NCBI RefSeq assembly: GCF_009914755.1 | Contig: NC_060926.1 | Source of the DNA: the human T2T-CHM13v2.0 reference genome, Homo sapiens | Direction: 5' to 3' (one strand) | Length of the DNA: 64,000 bases | Shown: positions 31,850-49,873 of the stretch, in pieces | How the letters are laid out: each line of letters opens with the position of its first letter | Numbering within the stretch: position 1 is the first letter of the stretch | Position numbers and translations under genes: made by a program | Notes under the pieces: generated by a model | Seen by the model: only the letters and a program-made list of their open reading frames with translations | Databases searched by the model: none | Told to the model about the DNA's origin: nothing

Positions 31850-32424
31850 TGCCGAGGCTTGAGTAGGTAAACAAAGCAGCCGGGAAGCTCGAACTGCATG
31901 GAGCCCACCACAGCTCAAGGAGGCCTGACTGCCTCTGTAGACTCCACCTCTGTGGGCAGGGAATAGCCAAACAAAAGGCAGCAGAATCCTCTGCAGACTT
32001 AAATGTCCCTGTCTGACAGCTTTGAAGAGAGTAGTGGTTCTCCCAGCACGCAGCTGGAGATCTGAGAATGGATAGACTGCTACCTCAAGTGGGTCCCTGA
32101 CCCCTGAATAGCCTAACTGGGAGGCACCCCCCATTAGGGGCAGACTGACACCTCATATGGCTGGGTACTCCTCTGAGACAAAACTTCCAGAGGAACGATC
32201 AGGCAGCAACATTTGCTGCTCACCAATATCTGCTGTTCTGCAGCCTCCACTGCTGATACCCAGGCAAACAGGTTCTGGAGTGGACCTCCAGCAAACTCCA
32301 ACAGACCTGCAGCTGAGGGTCCTGACTGTTAGAAGGAAAACTAACAAATAGAAAGGACATCCACACCAAAACCCCATCTGTATGTCACCATCATCAAAGA
32401 CCAAAGGTAGATAAAACCACAAAG
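31399..32424 (+). promoter_or_regulatory. L1 5' UTR sense/antisense promoter with variant YY1 site and retained ~129-bp ZNF93-target segment
   Basis: aagatggTc at 31409-31417 (consensus aagatggCc). The segment ~32169-32296 between gggtac and tccaacagacc, which younger L1s deleted, is present. Confidence 0.75.
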
Positions 32425-33437
32425 ATGGGGAAAAAACAGAGCAGAAAAACTGGAAACTCTAAAAATCAGAGTGCCACTCCTCCTCCAAAGGAACACAGCT
32501 CCTCACCAGCAACAGAACAAAGCTGGACAGAGAATGACTTTGACAAGTTGAGAGAAGAAGGCTTCAGACGATCAAACTACTCTGAGCTAAAGGAGGAAGT
32601 TCGAACCCATGGCAAAGAAGTTAAAAACCTTGAAAAAAAATTAGACGAATGGCTAACTAGAATAACCAATGCAGAGAAGTCCTTAAAGTACCTGATGGAG
32701 CTGAAAACCAAGGCACAAGAACTACATGACAAATGCACAAGCCTCAGTAGCTGATTCAATCAACTGGAAGAAAGGGTGTCAGTGATTGAAGATCAAGTGA
32801 ATGAAATGAAGTGAGAAGAGAAGTTTAGAGAAAAAAGAATAAAAAGAAACAAACAGAGCCTTCAAGAAATATGGGACTATGTGAAAAGACCAAATCTACG
32901 TCTGATTGGTGTACCTGAGAGTGACAGGGAGAATGGAACCAAGTTGGAAAACACTCTGCAGGATATTTTCCAAGAGAACTTCCCCAATCTAGCAAGGCAG
33001 GCCAACATTCAAATTCAGGAAATACAGAGAAGGCCACAAAGATACTCCTTGAGAAGAGCAACTCCAAGACACAGAATTGTCAGATTCACCAAAGTGGAAA
33101 TGAAGGAAAAAATGTTAAGGGCAGCCAGAGAGAAAGGTCGGGTTACCCATAAAGGGAAGCCCATCAGACTAACAGCTGATCTCTCAGCAGAAACTCTACA
33201 AGCCAGATGAGAGTGGGGGCTAATATTCAACATTCTTAAAAGAATTTTCAACCCAGAATTTCATATCCAGCCCAGCTAAGCTTCATAAGTGAAGGAGAAA
33301 TAAAATCCTTTACAGACAAGCAAATGCTGAGAGATTTTGTCACCACCAGGCCTGCCCTAAAAGAGCTCCTGAAGGAAGCACTAAACATGGAAAGGAACAA
33401 CCGGTACCAGCCACCACAAAAACATGCCAAATTGTAA
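32425..33437 (+). pseudogene. L1 ORF1p, disrupted
   Basis: MGKKQSRKTGNSKNQSA...; stops at 32752, 32812 and 33208; 4-nt deletion at ~33240. Confidence 0.95.
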
Positions 33438-33485
33438 AGACCAGTGAGGCTAGGAAGAAACTGCATCAACTAACAGGCAAAGTAA

Positions 33486-37323
<3,838 letters not shown>

Positions 37324-39588
37324 ACAATGAGAACACATGGACACAGGAAGGGGAACATCACACACTGGGGCCTGTTGTGGGGTGCGGGGAGGGGGGAAGG
37401 ATAGAATTGGGAGATATACCTAAGGTTAAATGACGAGTTAATGGGTGCAGTGCACCAATAAGGCGCATGTATACATATGTAACTAACCTGCCTGTTGTGC
37501 ACATGTACCCTAAAACTTAAAGTATAATAAAAAAAAAAGCATCATTCTGAATTTTGGAATTTTCAGCATTTTTGCACAATTTTTCTTCATCTTTGTGGAT
37601 GTATTTACCTTTGATCTTTGAGGCTGATGACCTTCGGATGTGGTTTTTGTGTGGGCGTCCTTTTTGTTGATGTTGATGTTGTTGCTTTATTCTTTTTAGT
37701 TTTTCTTGCAACAATCAAGCCCCTTTTCTGCAGTTCTGCTGCAGTTTGCTGGAGATCCACTCCAGACCCTATTTGCCTGGGTATCACAAGCGGAGGCTGC
37801 AGAACAGCAAAGATTGCTCCCTGCTCCTTCCTCTGGAAGCTTCTTCCCAGAGGGTCACTGGCCTGATGTCAGCCAGAGCTTTCCTGTATGAGGTGTCTGT
37901 CGACCCCTGCTGGGAGGTCTCTCCCCGTCAAGAGGCACAGGGGTCAGGGATCCACTTGAGGAAGCAGTCTGTCCCTTAGCAGAGGTTGAGCACTGTGAGG
38001 TGCTTTTTGTCAGGATCTGCTGCTCTCTTTAGAGCTGGCAGGCAGAAACCTTTAAGTCTGATGAACCTGTTCCCATAGCTGCCCCTTCCCCCAGGTGCTC
38101 TGTTCCAGAGATGAGAGTTTTATCTATAAGTCCCTGACTGGGGCTGCTGCCTTTCTTTCAGAGATGCCCGGACCAGTGAGGAGGAATCTAGACAGTCTGG
38201 CCACAGCCACTTTGCCACGCTGTGGTGAGTTCTACCCAGTCCAAACTTCCCAGCCTCCTTAGCACTGTCTGGGGAAAACTCCCTACTCAACCCTCAGTTA
38301 TGGCAAATGCCCTTCCCCCCAACCAATCTCAATCATCCCAGGTCAACTTCAGACTGCTGTGCTGGCAGTGAGAATTTCAACCCAGTGGTTCTTAGCTTGC
38401 TGGGTTCTGGGGGAGTAGGACCTGCTGAGCAAGACCACTTGGCTTCCTGGCTTCAGCCCCCTTTCCATGGGAGTGAATGGTTCTGTATTGTTGGAATTCC
38501 AGGTGCCACTGGGGTACAAACAAACAAACAAACAAACAAACTCCTGCAGCTAGCTTGGTGTCTGCCCAAACAGTTGCCCAGTTTTGTACTTGAAACCCAG
38601 GGCCCTGGTGGTGTAGGCACAAGAGGGAATCTCCTTGTCTGCAGATTGCATAAACCATGGGAAAAGCGTAACGTCTGGGCCAGATAGCACAGTCCCTCAT
38701 GGCTTCCCTTGGCTGGAGGAGGGTGGTCCCTAGCTCTTTGCCCTTCCTGGGTGAGGTGACACCCCACCCTGCTTCTGTTTGCCCTCTGTGTGCTGCACCC
38801 ACTGCCTAACCAGTCCCAATGAGATGAACTGTGTACCTCAGTTGGAAATGCAGAAATCACCCACCTTCTGCATTGGTCTCGCTAGGAGCTACAGACTGGA
38901 GCTGTTCCTATTCAATCATCTTGTCAGATCTCCTGATTTCCAGTTTTATTCCACTGTGATTTGAGAGAGTGCTTGAAATTGATATAATTTCAATTTTCTT
39001 AAATTTATTGAGACTTGTTTTATGGCCTAGCATATGGTCTATCTTGGAGAAAGTTCTATGTGCTGTTGAATAGAATGTGTTTTCTGTGGTTGTTGGATGG
39101 AATGTTCTGCATATACCTGTTAAGTCCAATTGTCCCAAGGTATAGTTTAAGTCCATTGTTTCTTTGTTGACTTTCTGTCTCGATGACCTGTCTAGTGCTG
39201 TCAGTGGAGTATTAAAGTCCCCACTATTACTGTGTTGCTGTCGATCTCGTTTCTTAGGTCTCTTAGTAATTGCTTTATAAATTTGAGAGCTCCAGTGTTA
39301 GGGGCATATATGTTTAGGATTGTGATATTTTCCTGTTGGACAAGGCATTTTCCCATTACATAATTTCCTTTTTTGTCTTTTTTAATTGCTGTTGCTTTAA
39401 AGTTATTTTTGTTGATACAAGACTATTTAATCCTCTTCACTTTTGGTGTCCATTTGCATGAAATGCCTTTTTCCACCCCTTTACTTTAAGTTTATATATG
39501 AGTCCTTATGTGTTAGGTTAAGTCTCTTGAAGGCAGCAGATTGTTTTTTGGTGAATTCTTATCCATTCTGCAGTTTTGTATCTTTTAA

Positions 39589-40035
<447 letters not shown>

Positions 40036-43000
40036 TAGGTCCTGTGAGATTTATGCTTTAAAGAGGTTCTGTTTTCATGTGTTTTCAGGATTTGTTTCAA
40101 GATTTGGAGCCCCTTTCAGCAGTTCTTGTAGTTGTAGCTTGGTAGTGGCAAGTTCTCTCAGCATTTGTTTGACTGACAAAGACTGTATCTTTACTTCAAA
40201 TATAATGCTTAGTTTCACTGGATACTAAATTCTTGGCCGATAATTGTTTTGTTTGAGGAGGCTGAAGATAGGTCCCCAATTTTTTCTAGCTTGTAGGGTT
40301 TCTGCTGAGAAATCTGCTGTTAATCTGATAGGTTTTCCTTTATAGGTTACCTGGTGCTTTTGTCTCATAGCTCTTAAGATTCTTCCCTTCATCTTTAGAT
40401 AACCTGATGAAAATGTGCGTAGGTGATGATCTTTTTGCAATGAATTTCCCAGATGTTCTTTGTGCTTTTTGTATTTGGATGCCTAGGTATCTAGCAAGGC
40501 CAGGGAAGTTTTCCTCAATTATTCTTCCAAATATGTTTTCGAAACTTTTAGATTTTTCTTCTTCCTCAGGAACGCGGATTATTCTTAGGCTTGGTCATTT
40601 AACATAATCCCAGATTTCTTGGAGGCTTTGTTCATATTTTCTTATTCTTTTTTTCTTTTTCTTTGTTGGATTGGGTTAATTTGAAGACCTTGTCTTTGAG
40701 CTCTGAATTTTTTTCTTCTACTTGTTTAATTCTATTCCTGAGACTTTCCAGAGCATTTTGCATTTCTATAAGTGGGTCCAGTGTTTCCGGAAGTTTTGAT
40801 TGTTTTTTCTTTAAGTTATCTATTTCCTTCAATATTTCTCCCTTCACTTCTTGTATTGTTTTTTTTTTCTTTTTTATTTCCTTGCATTGGGTTTTGCCTT
40901 TCTTGATGCCTCCCTGATTAGCTTAACAACTAACCTTCTAAATTCCTTTTCAGGTAAATCAGGGATTTCTTCTTGGTTAGGATCCATTGCTGGTGAACTA
41001 GTGTGATTTTTTGGGAGGTGTTAAAGAGCCTTGTTTTGTTTTTGGTACAAACCAACTTTGTACCAGAGTTGGTTTTCTGGTTCCTTCTCATTTGTGTAGC
41101 CTCTGTCAGAGGGAAGGTCTAGGACTGAAGGCTGTTGTTCACATTCTTTTGTCTCACGGGGTGTCCCCTTGATGTAGTACTTTCCCCCTTTTCCTATGGA
41201 TGTGGCTTTCTGTGAGCCGAGCTGCAGTGATTGTTATCTCTTCTGGATCTAGCCACCCAGCAAGTCTACCCAGCTCCAGGCTGGTACTGAGGGTTGCCTG
41301 CACAGAGTCCTGTGATGGGAACCATCTGTGGTTCTCTCAGCTGTGGTTACCAGCACTTGTTTTGGTGGAGTTGGCAGGGGGGTGAAATGGACTCTGTGAG
41401 GGTTCTTAGCTTTTGTGCTGGTTAGCTTTCTGGGAGGTTGCACTTTCTAGAGAGCATCAGCTGTGGTAGTATGGTGAGAAACTGGTGATGGGTGGGGCTC
41501 TAGAACTCTCAAGAGTATATGCCTTTGTGTTCAGATACCAGGGTGGATAGGGAAGGACCATCAGGTGGGAGCAGGGCTAGGTGTGTCTGAGCTCGGACTC
41601 TCCTTGGGCGGGGTCTTAGTGTGGCTGCTGTGGGGGATGGAGGTGAGGTTCCAAGCTCAATGGAGTTATGTACCTAGGAGGATTATGGTTGCTTCTGCTG
41701 AGTCATGCAGGTTGTCAGGGAAGGTGGGGGAAAGCCGATGGTCACAGGCCTCACCCAGCTCCCACACAATCCAAAGGGCCAGTCTCACTCCCATTGTGAC
41801 CCCCTAACAGCACCCAGTCTGTTTCCAGGCAGTGGGCAAGCAGGGCCGAGAACTTTCTGCAGGCCACCCACCTTCCAGCTGTGAAAGAAAAGGGCTTTAG
41901 TTCTTCCCCGACCTGTGGAGTCTGCTCCCTGGATTCGCACCCTTCCGAAAGTTCTGGTCAGGAGGCTTCTTGACTGGTTCAAAATGTTACAAAGTTCAGC
42001 AGGAGATTTCTTTCTCCCTGTGCCATTTTCCTCATGCCTCTGGCTGCCCTCCTGAAAGATCCCTGTGTTACCAGGCAGGAATGGCCTATGTGGGGACCCA
42101 GCAAGCTCCCAGGTCATTTCCTGCTGCTTCCTCTACCCCTGTATTTTGCTCAGCTCTCTAAATTGACTCAGCTCCAGGTAAGGCTGGAATCTTCTCCCGC
42201 AAACTAGATCAGGTTCCCCAGTGGGGGTGTGTGTTTGGGGGCAAGAGTCTCCCTTTCCCACTTCCGCACTTTGGGCACTCACAGTATTTGAGGTATCTCC
42301 CGGGTCCTGTAGGAGCAGTCTGCTTTCTTCAGAGGGTCTGTGCGTCGTCTCAGGTTTCCTAATTTATTTCTGGGCTAAAATTCACGATGCGAGCCTCCGC
42401 ATGCTGCTCTGTTCATCCTGATTCAATCTTGAGAGGCTGTTTCTAGGAATTTATTCATTTCCTCTAGGTTTTCCAATTTGTGTGCATAGAAGTGTTTATA
42501 ATAGTATCTGAGGATCTTCTGTGTTTCTCTGGGGTTAGTTGTAATGCCACCTTTCTGATTGTGCTTATATGGATCCTCTCTCTCTCTCTTTTTTGTTAAT
42601 CTAGCTAGTGGCCTATTGATCTTTTTTATCCTTTCAGAGAACCAACTATTGGCCTTGATCCTTTGTATGGATTTGTGGGTCTCAATTTCATTCAATTTAT
42701 CTCTGATCTTAGTTTTTTTCTTTTACTCTGCTAGCTTTGGGTTTAGATTGTTCTTGTTTTTCTAGTTCATTTATGTATAATGTTAGATCATTAACTGTAG
42801 ATCTTTTTAACTTTTTGTGATAATTGTTTAGTGTTTTACACTTCCCTCTGAACACTGCTTTTGCTGAATCCCAGAGATTTTGAAACGTTATATCTCTGTT
42901 TTCATTTATTTCAAAGAAGTTTTTTATTTATGCCTTGATTTTATTTTTTTACCCAAAAATCATTCAGGAGTAAGTTATTAAACTTCCATATAATTGTGTG

Positions 43001-43369
43001 GGTTTGGAGATCTTGGAATTGATTTCTATTTTTATTCCATTATGGTTTGAGAGTATGCTGTGTATGATTTCGATTTTTTTGAATTTATTTACACTTACTT
43101 TGTGGCTAACCATGTGGTCAATCTTGGATTATGTTCTGTTTTCAAGTGAGAATAATGGGTGTTCTATGGTTAATGGGTGTAGTATTGTGTAGATAGATAT
43201 CTACTGGTTCCAATTGGTCAAGTGTCAAGTTTAATTTCAAAATTTCTTTGTTAATTTTCTGCATCAATGATTTGTCTAATGCTACTTAAACAAATAAATA
43301 AATAAATAATCAAGTGAGATAACATTGAGCTTCATTAGGTTCCCAATAAATTATGGATATTTTCATTAA

Positions 43370-43732
<363 letters not shown>

Positions 43733-44499
43733 ATCCCCTCTTTCATTTCCTGGATTGCTTTAGAAGTTTCTTCATGTTGATTTTCAATCTTGTCTTACAT
43801 CTCATTGAGCTTCCTTGACATTCATACTTTTGAATTCTTTGTCATTTCTAGGTTTCCATTTTTGTTTATGGACCATTGCTGGGTTGCTAGTGTGATCCTT
43901 TGGGAGGTGTCACTACATTCAGATTTTTCATGGTGCCAGAATTCTTGCGCTGGTTTGTTCTCATCTGGAGACTGGCACTTCTAATTTTTGTAATTATTTT
44001 CGTGTGGGTAGGAATTTTCTTTTTCCTTCTTTCCCTATAGTATTATTCTTGTTGTTTTCTTTTCCCTGCCCTTTTTGCTCCTCTCTTGAGAGTGTGACTG
44101 TAGAGAATTATGGGTAAGGTCCTTTTGCTTTGCTTCTATAACCCCATGCACTTCTCCTGGCAGATTTTACATTGGGCTGTGCAGTTCAATCTACAAACCA
44201 GTAGATGGTGTTTATAGGTAAGAGCTGGCTGCAGCCAACATGGTAGGTATATACTTGATGCTTTATTTACTGGCTGAAGCTGTCTGTTGCCTCAGGCAAT
44301 GGGCTGATTCATGATATGCCATTGTTCTGAGCTTTCTGTTCTGCCCTGGGGGGTCAGGGGCCATGAAAGGTGGAGCTGGACCAGTGCCAAAGAAGAATCC
44401 AATTGGCAACTACCAAGTGCCCATAGGTGTGCCTAGGTGTGGAGCTAGGAAACCTCTTCAGCCCCACGTTTTCTGCATGGAATCAGGGATGGCCTAAAC

Positions 44500-45020
44500 T
44501 AATCCAGGACAGTGGGCACTCCAGATGCCTGGAGATCTGCCTGGGCTGCCTTCTGCACCATGATCTCTGCATAGCAGGAACGGGGTGACTCAAGCTGCTG
44601 AACTAGGCAAGCAGATGCTTTGAAGGCCTTGTTATTTATCTGGATGTGTAGCAGACAGGCCCTCCCTGCAGCAAGACCTCAGCCCAGGAAGCATGGGGCA
44701 GCTCAGGCTACTGATCTATGTAGGTAAGCTGGTGTTCCAAATGCCTGGAGATCTGCTTGGGTGTGAAACACAAAGGGCCTCTATGCACCAGGATCTCTGT
44801 TCAGGAAGGATAGGATAGTTCAGCCTGCCAATCTAGGTGAGCTGGTGCTGTAGATGCCTGGAGATCTGCCTGGGTGTGGAACAATGAGGGCCTTGTTGCA
44901 CTATGATCTATGCTCAGGAAGAATGGGATAGCTCAGGCTGCTGAAGCAAATGAATGAGTGCTCCAAATGACTGGAGATCTGCCTGGGCATGGAGTGGAGA
45001 GAGCCCTGCTGTACCATGAC
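44500..45020 (-). repeat. ~110-bp tandem repeat (5 degenerate copies) in the 5' UTR of L1 E
   Basis: Core atgcctggagatctgcctggg recurs at ~44525, (44625), 44741, 44854 and 44967. Confidence 0.85.
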
Positions 45021-45860
45021 TTCAGGGGACCAGGCTAGGGTACCCAGCAGTGACACACACAGATTAGTTCTAGTTCACCAAGCTGGCCCTAGCTGTCTCA
45101 CTGCCCAGGAGAAACTGCAGCTGTAGCAGCTCTCCTCTTGTCCCAGGCTTGCAATGGGAGAAAGCACATATTCAGAACCTACTGCTGAGGTGCTTTCTAC
45201 AGTTCTGGCTATAGAGGCCCCTACTCCACTTCAGAGCAAGCTCTAATCTCTGGCCCAGGATGAAAATGCCCACAGAACCACACTTCTGGATTATCAAAGA
45301 ATGGCTGACTTTTTATGCACCTAGATTAAAAATGGCATCCTGCTCCTGGTCCCAGGTCTAAGAAAATGTCTACAGCTTTTCCCGGTGTCTTTCCCTCACA
45401 GTGTCTCCAAGCCTCTCCCCAGATTAGCTCCAGGGCTTGGGAGAAACCATGTGCTCTTCCTCAGCCTGGGTTACTGGGAACTCCAGTGGAAAGGTGAATC
45501 ACAGAGGGAGGCTGGCTGCCCCTCTAATGTACTGGGGCTTCACTCGCTTTTATCATCTGGATGCCATAATGGGGACAATTTGCTACCATTCTCTCTGGGA
45601 TCTGGGTGTCCTTCATGATTCCAGTGGTTCCCATTTTCCTTCTTGAATTAAATCTCACAGCGTTGATCTTTATGTACTGTCTTGCTATTTCCAAGTGGCT
45701 GAGGCATGCTGAAAGCCTCTAATAGACCATCTTGGAAAAAAGAAATAAAACCCTAAGCATTTCTTGTAGGGTCCAGTCAAGTGGTGATGGATTCCCTCAA
45801 CTTTTACTCATTTGGGAAATACTATATTTCTACTTCGTTCATGAAGGATAATTTTGATGG

Positions 45861-46082
45861 TGTGAAAGAAAAATATCTTGGGTCCCTCAAATCACTGAGC
45901 TAAGGGGAAAATTCAAGCTGGGAACTGCTCAGGGCAAATCTGCCTCCCATTCTATTCAAAGTCATCCTTCTCACTGAGATAGATGCATATTCTGATTGCC
46001 TCCTTTGGAAAGGCTTATCAGAAACTCAAAAGAATGTAATCATTTGTCTCTCACCTACCTTGACCTGAAAGCCCCCTTCCTG
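45861..46082 (+). mobile_element. MER4A-like LTR, 5' part only (ERV1)
   Basis: tgtgaaagaaaaatatcttgggtccc...caagctgggaactgctcagggcaaa...ctattcaaagtca; cut by LTR10. Confidence 0.8.
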
Positions 46083-46705
46083 TGTTAGAAACGAATGCTT
46101 GTTCCTCTTGTTCCTCGGTGCTGTAAAGAAATAGCAGTCAAACATAAATTTAATTTTCTCAGAAAGACAATTTTTACTTCTATAGAAGGGTGCAACTCAT
46201 GGACGGAGTAATGATGAGAGCACGCCTGGACAAGGGAGGGGAAGGGGTTCTCATTCCTGATACAGGTAGCCCCTACTGCTGTGTCATTCCCCTATTGGAT
46301 AGGGTTGGACCACACAGTCTAAGTTAATTTTGATTGGCTATTTTAAAGAGAGCAGGGGTATAAGCCAGAGTAGTTTGGCAGGAAGGGTGGTTACAGAACA
46401 GGTGACCCAGGATGATTCAGGTAAGAGCAGGTGACCAGGGGTGACTCAGGACGGAGCAGGTGACCAGGGGTGACTCAAGATGGAGCAGGTAGCCAGAGGT
46501 GACTCAGGTCAAAGCAGGTGACCAGGAGAACAGATGTGAACTACTGATTAGAATTGGCGGGAAAGTTGTTTACTGAAACTAGAGGCAAGGGGGCGAAGAG
46601 AACCAGGAAGTTAAACTTTAAAATGGAGAATCAAAGAATAAGGTAGCTGAACATACTGACATATTGATTCTTTGAAGAGAAACTTGGAGTTCACTATATC
46701 TAACA
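46083..46705 (-). mobile_element. LTR10-family 3' LTR (HERV-I/HERVIP10)
   Basis: tgttaga...tctaaca inverted termini; internal gcaggtgaccagg repeats; polypurine tract (rc aagatgggggat) immediately right of 46705. Confidence 0.88.
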
Positions 46706-46759
46706 ATCCCCCATCTTGAATATTTACATTTCTTCTCTTCAAACTTCCTTAACATGTCT

Positions 46760-48774
46760 TGGCTTAGTTGTTCTGCTTGATAATCTAAAAGGAAAAGCTT
46801 CTCCGAATAAAGTGGAGGAGAATTAAGGAAGGTTTTAGTAAGTGCTGCTTTTATCAGTCTTTACACTAGGCCACGGATGCATGGTATGACACAACACCTA
46901 ACAAGAATGAGTACACTTATTACAGCTAAAAATACAAAGGCTATGATTTCTTTCCATTTACTGAACCACCTTTCTAGCCACCCTGAGAAAGGGTTACCAA
47001 CTCCAGAATTGTAGCTAATTCATTGGATAAAGCGGTAAGTCTTTGTAAGGCCCTTGTTATGCTCCTAGTGGGGGCAGTGTTGTTTGGGATGAAGGTACAA
47101 CACTGGGTTTTAATCATAACACAAACACTGCCTTTTGCAGCTAATATTATATCTAGGGCCATTCTGTTTTCCCAGGCTATCTGGCTAGTGGCCCCAAATG
47201 TTCTGCTATCCCTTTGACAGCATCCCTGGTGTAATTAATAAGCTGCTCTGATCATAATAGATATAATTTATCCAATCTACATTTTTATTAATTGTCACCC
47301 ATGAAATTATTGACTTAAATCCTGCAGCTATTTGATCTCGGGCTTTAAATTCATTTGGTACTCCTCATGGAACTCCAATAGCATTTATATAAACATGGAG
47401 GTCAAAGGACCCATGTGAGGCACTTCTTTTACTATTTTCTTTTTTTATCGTGTTGACAGAATGCTAGGGTGAAAGGGATGGCCAATTGGACTAGAGCACG
47501 AGTGCTGCTCTAATTACTTGGCAGAATACCCAGCAATAGTAGCCTGCAATACCACCACACATCTGCTTGGGGATGAACAAGGGCAGACTGATGAGTAAGC
47601 TCTTGAAAAGGCTTGGTTTCACTGCACCCTGTTAAGTCTTCAGGGAATGCTAACTTTTCCCCCTGCCATGAAAGGCATGAGGTGAAGTTAATATCAGGGG
47701 CTGGAGGCCAGATGGCCCTCAGGGACTCACCCACAGGGCTCTTAACCTCAGGGAACAACAGTGAAAGAGTCTTACGTGACTCATCACCCTAGGCTGTGGG
47801 GTTCTGGAAAGAGCTACCATACAGCTCATGCCTGGTCCATGAGAGGACCACCCAAGTAGAAAGGGGACACTCCAGGTCTCCGGCCTGCCTGTTGCACAAG
47901 TGTAACAGTCGCTTTTGTTTTGCATGCAAACAGAATATTTAATCCATTCCAGCCAAGCATTTGCATCCTGATACCCTGTTTCAATTGCTATAGTTTGTTT
48001 TAAATCTTTAACCTCTACAACAACTACTTTGGTTTTTATCTTTGGGTAGATAACGAGAGCAGGTTTGGTTAGCGGAGGACTTAGAAGAGGGAAAAGGGTG
48101 TGCATGAGGTGAGGAGGCAATGAAGACATTTCAAAGGATCCTATGAGACTCCTTCCCTGATACTTCTGCTCTTATACCATAGAAATGGCATAATGATGGG
48201 GAAGAACTCTGGGGAGCAGTGATGGTCATCTGTACTGGATTCCATTGGTTTAGCTGACAATGGGGAGGGTAACTCCTTTAGTAAAATGAATATATGGTTT
48301 TAAGAAACTGCAAGTACTAGTTGGGGCAGTCCATCCTTGCTCTTTAGTATTTTATAGATCATTGGGCCAACTTTGGCAGAGAAGCTCTGCTCTAAGAGGA
48401 CAAGATTTCCAGTTTATACTGAAATCTTCATCAAACTCTTCTCAAACCAATTTATCCTAGTTAACAGATTTTTAGTCTGAGGAGAGCTAGGAAGGATAAA
48501 GATACTTTTCTGAAGTAGAGAGTGGCCTCTGACTTGGCAAGTCTCCACAGGGTATAACAAGACAAGCATCAAATATGATAGTTTGAGGCAAAGTTGACTT
48601 GGTTACATTAATAACTAGGTGGTCAGCAATACAGCGAGGAAAGAAGGAGTAATAGAATAGATGAAAGAGAGTTAAATTTTTCTTAGCTTTAGTTTGGTAG
48701 GGTTTTCGCCTGGGACTATGGCCCATGACTCTGGAGGGGGTGGCACTTTCTTGACTGAGGTGTGATGGGTCCAT
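46760..48774 (-). pseudogene. env: Retroviral envelope remnant
   Basis: Immunosuppressive-domain tail MALDIILAAKGSVCVMIKTQCC (CX6CC) and SU peptides (ETGYQDANAWLEWIKY...CYTC); multiple frameshifts and stops. Confidence 0.88.
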
Positions 48775-49625
48775 CCTTTTTCTGATGTCTGGACTGAGGT
48801 TTCATTAGTTAGGAGCACTAGGTAAGGTCCTTCCCAGGCCAGTTCGAGTTTTTCCTTCTCTCCAACTTTTGACAAGGATGTGGTCCCCAGGCTGATGTTG
48901 GTGTGCTGGAAACTCTAGGATTGGCACCTGTGCTAAAAGACCTTTGGTTCTGAGGGAGGGGAAAGTGGAAGATAAACCAAGTATATAATTTCGGAGAAAC
49001 TGATTTTTTGTTTCAAATGTAGGGAGATCAATAGTAGAATGTAGATAAGGCAATCCATAAAGCATCCCATAAAGGGATAATTGTATGTCTTTTCAGGGAG
49101 CAGTTCAGACTTTCAACTGTGTAATAGGCCTTCCTACTTTCCCTGATGAAGGTGGGTGCCAGGGAGTATGATATCCCCATGTTATATCCAGTATCTGGGC
49201 TAATTTCTTAATGACATGTGTAGTGAAATGAGTCCTATTATCTGAATCAATGTTTTCTATTAATCTAAACTTGGGTATAATATTTTCAACTAATGCCTTG
49301 ACTACATTATTAGCAGTTGTACTTGAAAAGGAAATAGCTTCTACCCAGTGAGTAAGGTGATCTACTATTACTAATAAATACTTTAGATGACCAGTTGGAG
49401 GCATCTGTGTGTAATCAGTCTGGATACTTTGAAATGGCCTTAAGCCTGGACTCCTTCCCCCAAGGGGTAATCTTTTAGTAAGTGACTGTCTGTAACCTGT
49501 TTGGCTAGGGTATAAATTTCTATGCACCCATAAACTCTGAGGACTGCGTCACACATGGCTTGGGGCCCCCAGTGCGTCCCTTGATGCAGTTGGATAACAT
49601 TTCTCTTTGGTTTAGCAATATCCAT
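48672..49625 (-). pseudogene. pol: Retroviral pol integrase remnant
   Basis: LHQGTHWG; PFQSIQTDYTQMP...LLVIVDHLTHWVEA...IDSDN...HTPWHPPSSGKV; WEGPYLVLL; frameshifted. Confidence 0.9.
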
Positions 49626-49873
49626 TTTCCTTCTGAATTTTCTTTAGCACCTATTTTTATTAGTTTTTAGACCAAAAAAATAGCATTTTATATTTGACAA
49701 TGCTTTCTGTATGATTTTATACCAGAGAAGCTAAATTTTACCTTTATATTAGTATGCTATTAATGTTCAACTCAATTTTAATAAAATATTATAGACATTG
49801 TTTATCTAATTTTAATGTCTGACCATAAGGTAAGATTTTTATAGACTCTGTTTAATCCTTTATAATTTTTCTT

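Noticed and set aside
38298-38687. ORF0-like 126-aa ORF in L1 G's 5' UTR
   Set aside because: The homologous ATG (ttatggca, ~38300) is out of frame with the SDCC-containing frame, so it looks decayed.
46395-46530. gcaggtgaccagg repeats as a CRISPR-like array
   Set aside because: These are ~20-29 bp tandem units without unique spacers, internal to an LTR10, where such repeats are usual.
46760-48774. Syncytin-like co-opted env
   Set aside because: Fragmented into several short frames; the longest piece is 136 aa.
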